From contig OZ038379.1 of the NCBI GenBank assembly GCA_964036045.1, positions 55,862,001 to 55,926,000 on the forward strand: DNA of 64,000 bases, written 5' to 3'. The notes beneath the pieces were generated by a model. It saw nothing but the letters and a program-made list of their open reading frames with translations, did no database searches and was not told the origin of the DNA. The position numbers were made by a program, and so were the translations under genes. Position 1 is the stretch's first letter. Every line of letters starts with the position of its first letter. The stretch comes from Eutreptiella sp. 'Long Island Sound 2002'. Its lineage: Eukaryota; Protista; Euglenida. Below are positions 54,701 through 64,000 of this stretch, piece by piece.

Positions 54701-55965
54701 CCATTCCAGAACACGGTAGTGAATATTTTCATCTACCAATATAGGAAAGCATTGCTATGTGTGTTGTTGTACCTCTTGAAATCCGTGTATCATAGAGACA
54801 AGGTCTAGGGTGGCTGACACTGTCAAGGCCAAGGAGGGCCATTAAGAGCTGTGTGTTGTATGTCCAAGGGGCAACTTACATATTTAAGGAGAACAGGATC
54901 TTCCATGAACGACTGCAGGGTGGGGGTGGTCAGGTTAAGAGGGGGGTGTTGGGGGGCAACCCATGGGTGGGGGGGGGGGGGGTGATGACAAGATCATCCT
55001 ACCACTTGGACTGGGAGGTTTGGCATCAGAAGGGGAGGGTGGAGTGGTCTTCCCTTTCAGGAATGTTAAATTTGTGAAAAGTAAGCATGTCACATCCCAA
55101 GGGGAGGATGACAAGGTTGTCCATCAGCCATTGGAAGGGGAGAGTGGAGTGGTCTTCCCTTGCAGGAATGACAACTTCCAGAATGTCAACTTCCAGAAGC
55201 GCGACGATGTCACATCCTAGGGGGAGGGTGACAGGGTTGTCCACAGGGTATACCTTCCACACCCCCTCCATGTGCTTACCTTGCCCGTGCCCCCGCATAA
55301 TTCCCAGAAAACTTTGCACATCTTCTCCCCCGGAATAAGCCTAACGGCTAAGATCCCTTGAATCACGCCCTTCAACCCTACGCTCAACCTTGTACTCCAG
55401 CAGCACACTTGAGTGCGCTCTGGAGATCTCATATCGATGTGCACGACCTCGGGGGGGGGGGGTTGTTGTTTTCTTGCCCATTCCACAATTGACCAAAAAT
55501 CGAGGTCATCGGAGTTGTAGGTGGCCTCCTCCAACTCATGTGCGAGTATGGGGCGGGACTGGTAGTGGCAGTGGGTGTCGGCGGAGGGATCTGGCACGGA
55601 CCTTAGCTGCGACAAGCGTTGCAACATCTCAGACATCTCAGAAACAAAGCTTTGTTGCATAGGGGACACATTGTGTGACATATGGGAAACACAGGTGAGA
55701 TGAATGTGAGATTTCTGCTAAATTCGTGCGAAATTGGTGTGACATTTGCGTTCGTCTAAATCATGTGAATGACCTGTGAATGCGAGGGTGAATGTAAGTT
55801 TTTGTGAATTTCAACATGGCACCAAAGTGTATTTTGGAAGTCCTTAGTTTTGTTGAACTTTAGGAGAAGAGAGCAAGCAGGCATGGTAGCAAGGCACAAT
55901 GTAAAGAATGAGTCCACAATCAATCAAATACGACGTGGATTCAAAAACGGGGCCCACAAAAGGTA
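51040..55965 (-). mobile_element. Unclassified transposon-like element, copy D
   Basis: GGGATTGACGTGCT near 51040; C-terminal ORF remnant at 51540-51775; decayed minus ORFs at 52816-54739 (VVFVNSGDSDAL, VLVDENIHYRVL); N-terminal remnant 55217-55681 and array 55670-55965 homologous to 12492-13380. Confidence 0.45.
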
Positions 55966-56689
55966 CATGTTATGGCACAATTGTTGCGGAATTGATTTGT
56001 CACATCCAAGTGCACATTGTTTTCCAATGGACAACATTATTGAGTCCTCATTTGAGACCCAATGGAGGCTATGCATTGGGAGCCGCCAAATATGCTATAA
56101 TTGACAGCGAAACCTCGCTTGCATTCATAGTACCTAATCGCCGCTTTGTGCCGCACCATACGCGTCATTTTGATCTTTTGGTAAAGTTCCGGAGTGTCAC
56201 CTACTTTTCGGGTGGGGAAGCTGGGCTGTAGCTTCTACCCCAAAGGCTCCTTGTCTAGCGATTTTCATCCTAGTCCATCGCAGCCTTGAGTTTAACTACT
56301 GCAACAAGTTGTTCTATCAAACTGTCCATCCTTTGAGCGCCAAGTCGTGCAAGATGAGGCAATATACAAATGTTGTTTGTTGTTGTTCTAAGATCACACC
56401 CTCAAAGCTTAGCCCCAGCGCGTGGTACCCAAGGGGTATGTCTCCTTAGGAGGCATTTTGGGAGGTGTGTCAAAGCCAGCCCTTGCGCGTAAACACGTTG
56501 GAAAAGTAGCGCACATCAGAGATACTTCCCCATACACCTCACACAACGCAAATGAGCACAACAACATCATGGAGCAATTCAATAGTTTTCAACGGCCATC
56601 TGCACCGACACATGCATCTACCTCTAGGTCCGCCCTTGAGTTACGCCTTGCCTTGCCAACAACGGAAGCAATATAACTATGAATGTCGT

Positions 56690-57330
56690 TGTGGACACGG
56701 TTGTCCGCACCATCCATCGCAGTAAAGTGGTAGTACTCCGGACTGTATATCTTGATTTTGTTGTCCTCAGACCCGTTAGGGGTCATTCAGCCACTGAAAT
56801 TCACAAGCAGGTCATTGAAACTGATTATTTTTTCTTCGCTCCCTCCCATGCCTCACCAACCCACTGGGTCATCGCAACTCTGTTCTTTCAGCTGTTGGTC
56901 CATGAGAAAACAACGTCTTCAAATTTACCTCACATGACATCGAGTCCTCAAAATCATTGCACGTTCATTTTCAACCACGGCTCCATTGCACCTCCGTTAA
57001 GGTGCAAAACGTCAATCGTGCGATTGGGAGTTAGTGGTTCAACATTTTTGGACCCCTCCATATCGCACCACGAAGAGCAATGCTCGTTTGAGCGACAATT
57101 TGATCGATGAATATGAATTCCTGTCGCCATGTCTCAACTATTAGATCCTCGGCCACAAGGTTGGTGTATAGCATCAAAAAGTCACCATCACCCCTGAAAG
57201 GGAACCTAACTCTAAGTGCAATCCTTTTGTCCCCCACCTCTTAATCACCAATGAATTCTAACATAGCAACAATAATGTCATCTACCTGAGGCATCCAACG
57301 CACAAGTTTGTGTGTAGGCCACCAACTGAA
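56690..57330 (-). pseudogene. Decayed pogo/Tigger-like (Tc1/mariner superfamily, DDE_1-type) transposase fragment
   Basis: FIFIDQIVAQT, TPNRTIDVLHL, RVAMTQWVGEAWE and NGSEDNKIKI resemble pogo catalytic and C-terminal motifs (WVGEAW; DGSED..I); multiple stops and frameshifts. Confidence 0.5.
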
Positions 57331-60319
57331 TTGGTAGCATGCCACATTGTGATGTTATGGGGGGAGCACTTGACACGGTGCGCGCGTGGTGTGGAGATTT
57401 ACCGGTCTCGCCTGACTAACTTAATGCAGGCCGATGAGCTTGAAGTGGATTTGCTGGAAAAGCCTCCAGCAGAGAACTTGGAGACAGAGGATTTTTGGAA
57501 CAAATCCCCACACATTATACCAAATTCAAACACATGCCTCAGATCTTCTACAAAGGTGATGCCCAAAAGTTAACAACAGTGAAAAGAGAGGATTGGGTGA
57601 GTGCATACAAGTTGAGTTTTCGATATGGGTGCTTTGAATACTAAAAAAAATTGACTTGTCGCAATGACAAGTCCCACCCATTCCTGCGGTCCCGGTGTGG
57701 TGGCTTGGAGTAATACCACCAAATGGTTCTTGGTAATGATGGAGAATAGTGATGGGTTGTGCACGGCCACAAATGATATAAATGAGCTGTGCTTCTCGCC
57801 ATTGATGCAATTTCCATTTGTGTGGACTTGGTGAGCGTGAACCCTTCAACAAACATCCAAAAAAAATTGTCTCTGTCTCATGTCGGGGGGAGGGTTAGGA
57901 TTAGCGGTCGAGGAAGCATTGTTTTTTGGACAGCCACTGGGGGTTGAAGGTCACAAGCAGCATCGCTGTTATGACAAGAAAATACAGCATGGTTGTGTTA
58001 GAACATAGAGAGAGCACGATTGTTGCTTTTTTGAAAAAATTGTACCGTTTTGTGGCAAAAAATAGTGCATCCGGGAGAAAAAACTTGTTGCGGGACTTTT
58101 TGTACGCAATTTTTTGGTAACAAAATTGGCCTCCAAATAAAAAAAGAAGGTATAGAAAGCACATCTTTTTCATGAGCCTCCGATTCTTCTCCTATAATAA
58201 AATGTATTTTGGAGTTGAGCCTGGGGCATTTGTCACATTTTTGGGTAGTCTTGAGCGGCATTTCTCATAAGATGATTTCTTATAAACAAGTCCGACTGGG
58301 TGCATTGTTCTAGCTAGCGGAGCAGGTGGCTGGAGAGGGGGCCGCCCCACATTTGCACTTGCCGCCGAATCCGGGGAGGGGGCCTCCCCATATCTGCACA
58401 TGCACCCTAGCCTCGGGAGCGATCACACTCCATTCATGCGGCTCAAAGTGACTCCTCAAGAACAGCACACCCCCTCACTACCCCAGAATGTGTTCTATGC
58501 TGGTTGGTCATGGTTTCCCATTGCTGAAAAGTCCCACACCCCCTACACGGGCAAGTCAAGTGCCGTGCATGGTGCACATGTATGGACATCTTCCGGACGC
58601 GCCGCCGTGTCAGGCTTAAGCTGTTGCGGCTTCACAGGTGGGCCTCACTCCTCTCCAACACTGTCGCACTAGACACCTTGAGGTAACCCATGAAACTTAT
58701 CCTGTACGAGACCCTTGCAATACTTTGGGGAAATCAGCCACAATTCGGCCGGATGATGTAGGCTAATAGCTCATAACGCAATGCCACAAGAGTGAAGCAA
58801 GTAGATGCACCACACATCACTTCCAGTGCAAAGGTGGGGATACAGACTTCCTCTTTGTTCAACCATGACATGCCCTCCACTTGCGTTTTTGTTGACTTTC
58901 CTTGCGATTCTTTCCAACCGCAACATTTGCCCCCCCCCCCCCCCTTGGGGTGAAATATCACTTGCCAAAGTATAATTTGTCCCCCCCCCCCCCACTCGTG
59001 CAGTGAAGCTTGTGAATGAAAAATACAACGTCGTGTGCATCTTTTTTTTATAGTCGGGTAGTGTGATCTCTTCTTGCAGTAAAATAGTGTCTTTTTAAAA
59101 AAAAAAACTAAACACTTCTAAAATCACTGTTGGTGTGTGTAATTTTCTTTTGCGATAAAGCTCCATAATATATTGAATTGCCAAAGACTATAAAGACAAT
59201 ATGTTTCTGCAATAATGGCACATTTGCAAAGTGTACCATTGCAAGTTTCGTACGGCAACCAATAGCGACTTTAACGATGGGACACCGTGTCCACAAAGCA
59301 CAACCTCCTCTGTGGACAACGGCGAACATAAGAATTTGGAGGCCTAACAAAGGTTAGCTACCTATGAGAGGTAGGTAGCTTGTACATCTCAGACCAAAGT
59401 GGCAGGTTGTACACAAGTTATACACTGCTACAAGCTAGCTGTCGCTCTAAAAAACCGGTAAGAAAAAAACGTGAACAATGTGCTCAACACACAGAACGAG
59501 GAGAATGGCCACTACAAGCACATGCGTTCAAAAGAAACGGCACATAAAAAACCACACTTGTAAACCCCGCCTTTGAAGCAACAAATCAGTGGAGGAAATA
59601 AAGGAACACAACAAGAGTACAAAACGAGCATCCGCTACAAGCAATTGCAGAACGCAAAATTTTCAAATCATCTTCAGTGCTAGAATAGGAAAACTTTCCA
59701 CCACGATTGGTGTTCTGCTCACAAGCCTGCTACAAACGACTAGTTCAGCTCATTGATGAACTACTAATCACGCTCCAAATGTCCGGTTGCATTTTTTCAG
59801 CACGTATCCGGCACTAGGACCCACTTTCCACGGATGAAGAGCTGCTAACGAATGTCCAGCTCTGTGTCAAGAGTGGTCATGCAAGGTTGCCGCTGAGGCT
59901 CTAGGCCTTCCATGCTTCGCTCGGAGGAGGCATCCTTGCCTTTGAGCGGGATGGGGGTGGCTTGAACACTCTCCTCGGTCTTAGCAAATGCATCTTGAAC
60001 TTGGGTGCTTGGGGGTGAGGGAGGAGGGCACAAAAACTCAGTCGCCCTTTGCGAATCATCACCGGGAGCTTGAATGATCTGCACAGAGCAATCGGCATTA
60101 TCAATGCTAAATGCATACCTCTCAAAACCTGGAGGCTTTGGGGTGAGGCGAACCTGTTCAAGAGAACCTTGTGGTGTGTAGGATATGAAAACCACAAGAC
60201 CAACCGCCCTTTTGGAATCGCAATGCCCCGCGCTTGGTTGTAAAGCGGTGCCGCGTGGGCTCCGCTAAGAAAGGGCAGATCAAAGCAACAGAGCTCAAGA
60301 GTTCCCAGTGTCCCAGGGT

Positions 60320-60660
60320 CCCAGTGACTAGCACAGGGAGAAAATCAGAGATGGCCCACATCTGGGCAAAATGGGGACATAATCCCGACCTTCTCGGGGG
60401 TCCCCCTTAACTAGCGGGGGGGGGGGGGGGATGAGAAGTGGCTACCTCACCCCTGCCGTCTCGGGGGCCCAAATTTGGGCGATATGGCTGCATAACGCTT
60501 GCCCGCTCGGGGTCCCTTGGGGGTTCCTGGTGCGCGTACGGAACCAAAGACGCGACATAACCCATGCCGTCATGGACTCCACATGTGGGCAGATTGGCTA
60601 CATAACCCGTGCCGTCTTGGGGGTCCTGAAAGCGGGGACAAAATCAGAAATGGCTACTAA
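60320..60660. repeat. Degenerate ~60-70-bp tandem repeat
   Basis: GGCTACATAACCCCTGCCGTCTCGGGGGTCCC-like units recur about 5 times. Confidence 0.7.
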
Positions 60661-60679
60661 CGAACAATTTTCTATTCGT

Positions 60680-60990
60680 TGTAAGTGCGAGTAATTTTTT
60701 TGTTTGCCGCATATGCGAGTACAAAAAATCGTGAATCCGTGTAATTTCTTTAGGAGTAGCTGCAAATACGAAACAATCGCACATTGTGTAATTTTTTGCA
60801 GTACACGCGAGTACACGAAAATTGTACGACATGGGTTTTTTTTTTGCTGTAAACGCAAGTACCCGGTTTATGCAATACTCGCCAAAACAATTTTTGGCCG
60901 CTTGCATTTACGGCAGAGGAAAAAATCGGGGTGACATTTTGTTGGTACTCACATTTACCGCAAAAAACAATACACAACTTACAACAAGCA
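60680..60990. repeat. Cluster of short GTAAA(T/C)GC(G/A)AGTAC-like motifs in both orientations
   Basis: Examples: TGTAAGTGCGAGTA, CATATGCGAGTAC, GTACACGCGAGTAC, GTAAACGCAAGTAC and reverse TACTCACATTTAC. Confidence 0.6.
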
Positions 60991-62177
60991 CAGAAAATTG
61001 TAAAATGGGGAAAAGATCTGCGAGGGGTCAAACCAGCAACGATTTTTAATTCATTGATGATAACCTATGAGAGGCTGAAAGCATCGTACAATGAAAGCAA
61101 ACAACCGGCAGTGTGCAGTTGGCAGACCAAAGAAATGTCTAGGTAACACACAATGAGGATGACAACCGCCTTGTACCCTCTGCAAAATGCAGCTAAACAA
61201 ACGAGGAACATGACTACCATCAACAACATGGACAAAGAAGAAACAACAGGCAGCATCTCCATTCTTCATCTCACATAGAAATTACCTTGATGCCAGGCAC
61301 ACATGCACAGGTGCATACCTCACAGTTGTGATGCACGTCGGAAAGAATCAAGCAGAAAGCGGCCCAAAACGAGACACAACATCACATACCTCTGTTGTGC
61401 AACACATAGGTTGCAATTTGGTTTCACAACCTGGTGCACTGGACAACTCATTCAAGAACAGACCGCAGAACGTTTGGTATTGTACAGAGAATCAAAATGG
61501 GTGCCCGCAGCGCTTGGCACCACGTGGATCTGTTAAAAACTTGTCAAGTGGAATGCAATGTGCACGTTCAAATTAAATTGAACACTCACCATTGCATGTA
61601 AGTGTTCTGGAGCACTACACTGACCAGGGTATTGCTCAGTGACCCGGGGGGGGGGGCTGGGGGTTAATTTGGGCCTCGGCCAGGGCTCACCCACCCACCC
61701 ACCCACCCACCCACCCACCCATCCAACCCTACCTGTGCCCTCCACCCAGAGTCTCATACAAGCACTTGATTGAGAAGCCCCCATTGGCTGTAGTTCGGAG
61801 GAAGGACGCCACACCGTGCGGGTACTTGTTGTCGTCCCCTACTGCCGGAAAACAGGGGGTTAGTAAACACCCATTTTCTCCACTGCTGCCGCCATTTGCG
61901 CTTGCAGGAAGCAAGCGTGCACCATATCAAATGTCACAGTATCAAACAATATTTGTCCATCAATATTTGTAAAATGGAAAAAAACAGTTCTTAGAATCTG
62001 CAATTCCTATTTCCTGGAAATTTCTGCTGCTGTTTTACAAACATACTCTGCGTCCGCCCAAGATATGACCACATCATCTATGCACGGAAGATGACATATG
62101 AAATATCCCTGTTAAGCTGGCAATCCCATTGAAAAACAACAGAATCACATGCACCATGTATATTCAGCAGCACATAC

Positions 62178-62257
62178 ATAGACATCAGAAAGCCGTTTCT
62201 TCAGAGTTTCGATCTTTGTCACAATGGCCTGCGACTTTGACACATCTCCAGCTTCTC
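62178..62257 (-). CDS. LUC7: LUC7-family splicing factor, internal exon (coiled-coil before zinc finger 2)
   Basis: 80 nt, phase 1-0, acceptor ttttgcag|GA and donor TAT|gtatgt. Translates (G)EAGDVSKSQAIVTKIETLKKRLSDVY, matching the LUC7 pattern GxEGxVxESQxxxxxVEKx(R/K). Confidence 0.7.
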
Positions 62258-63484
62258 CTGCAAAAGACATACAGAATGCAGCACCATCATCCACTTGTGT
62301 GAACCTTGTGTCCTCCAGAGCTTGCATTGCATTTGTTGTCAGAGAGGAGAGATGTTGAATAGGCGTCAAGGAGAAATGAGAAGGTGACCATGAGGATCAC
62401 AGGGACTGCAGGAACGGTTTGTGGATGAAATTTCTGGATCCCCCCACTGGGCAGAAAAGTTTAAGTGCATTCGTGCTTGCAGGATTTGAAGGACCCTTAA
62501 TTTTGAGTAGACAGCATATCATCCTGTGTACTTGTGCTAGAGGGCTGCATTGTGTGGTGGCACCACACCTCGCAGTTAAAGGTGTCGGCAATCTCATATC
62601 CCGAATGCAGCCACACACTATGAGGAGGAGGAGGAGGAGATGTGGTCCCCTGGTAGGGTGCACCTGCTCGCCAGCCCCATGGTGCCTGCCGGCCCCCACC
62701 AACTTGGACCCCAGTCGTCGGTGTGGTGACCCCCTCGGGCCTACCTGGCTCAGCATCATGGCTGTGGCTCTCCTCTTCATCTCCTCGCCATGCATACCTG
62801 ACCCACACAACACCATTGGTCAGTGTTGAAGGTACCACTCAGGCCCCGTGGAGCGGTGGACTATGGCCCTCAAACAGCATGATGAATCTTGCAGTGAATA
62901 TGCACATCTTGAAAGATCATCCAAAAAGGACTCGTCCACCGGTTCAGTGCCCTGAAATGGGGGGTTATGCCCATGTCTTCCAATGCTCAACCAGCAAAGC
63001 GGTTCAGGGGTTCAGGGACTCATCTTCCATGTCACATGCCTAGAAACATTTATACAAGTGTACCATTAAGGTTCTTTCGTTTTCTAAACCATTAGTATAG
63101 TTCGGTTGACCTATATCTTATTTTGGTAGAGAAAGTAATCAACACAGTTGACGAAAAGGGATGCACAATTCATATTGTTGACTGTGATATTAATGCTGTC
63201 AGATGATACTTTTCCTGCATGCAGCAAGTTCAGTGCACATTATATTCATCTGCAACCATATCGATAATATGCGGGACAAAGAACACTACATGCTACTACA
63301 ACTGCCCACAAAAACCCCTTCTACCTTTGTGCGGTCCATGACTGCAAAAAAAAAAAGTACAAACTAAAGAAGCAGAATGTATAGAGCAACAAAATTTTAC
63401 CCATCTTGCACTAAAACCAACAAAGGCAATCGCAAAAAGACGGGGAAATAAAACATAAACCAATTAATGGCATTGGTTTCGTGA

Positions 63485-63529
63485 CTAGGCTTGGGAAGGA
63501 CTCGCTAAGCTCCTCCTTCCCAAGCCTAG
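63485..63529. repeat. Perfect 16-bp inverted repeat with a 13-nt loop
   Basis: CTAGGCTTGGGAAGGA (63485-63500) / TCCTTCCCAAGCCTAG (63514-63529). Confidence 0.95.
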
Positions 63530-64000
63530 AAACACCGAAAGTGTGCGGAATTCCACTACTACAATTTTCATTGTAACTTTGCAACCACCAATACACAACA
63601 GTAGCACATTTCCTCTGCCTAGTCAACCAAACAACAAACGTGAGCTGCAACACACAACCAACAAACAAATATCATGCAGCTACCATGACTCGAACCCTAA
63701 CGATGCAACATTGTAGGTTGTAGGGAGATACCGGTTTTCTTGACACATTGTTGTCGAAAATTGACACCTAAAAATTGGACCCGGAACACGGGGGGGGCGT
63801 CTCCTCGCTTTTGTACGCGACTCCCCCCCTCCAGTAGAAGTGGGCCGAAGTCCCTTGGGGGGGGGGCATTGGAGGGGGGGTTCAGGGAGGGGCGGGGGGG
63901 GGGGGTCCAAGTGGGGCGATTTGGGGTGGTGGTGGTAGAGGGGGGGGGCTCCCCTTACCTCCCCTTGCCCTCCCTTTAACCATACCATCACTATAAACCC

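Noticed and set aside
55270-55320. FWELCGGTG as DNA methyltransferase motif I
   Set aside because: It lies in a shifted frame. The frame conserved with copy A reads LGIMxGxGxG.
62745-62797. Candidate next upstream LUC7 exon (AG...GT bounded, phase-compatible)
   Set aside because: The peptide (…DEEESHSHDAEP-G) fits the expected AExLG helix poorly, so it is not supportable without transcripts.

Overview
Repeat-dense eukaryotic nuclear DNA. I found no prokaryotic operons, rRNA, tRNA or CRISPR array. The only host-gene signal is two short minus-strand exons of a LUC7-family U1 snRNP splicing factor (62178-62257 and 17096-17254). They have canonical AG/GT boundaries and join in frame, which implies one ~44.9 kb intron covering most of the window. 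The rest is decayed mobile and tandem DNA: (i) a LINE relic (1860-4588) with a 2A-like peptide, APE and RT, whose two ends are inverted; (ii) a second LINE relic (37830-42350) with APE, an RNase H-like region and a CCHC knuckle, lacking RT and carrying an internal inversion; (iii) an unclassified element family with a GACGTGCT terminal motif and GTGAAT-rich subterminal arrays, present in three long copies plus a fragment; (iv) a pogo-like transposase relic; (v) ~200-bp, ~70-bp, ~870-bp and 50-bp tandem repeats. The most unusual structure is a periodic cassette at 43380-50611: (TA)n, a 97-bp unit, (TA)n, a GC-rich element ending in a conserved 135-nt terminus with an (AAC)6 tail, (TA)n, repeated twice with different element bodies. 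All domain calls are by-eye motif recognition; no database searches were run.
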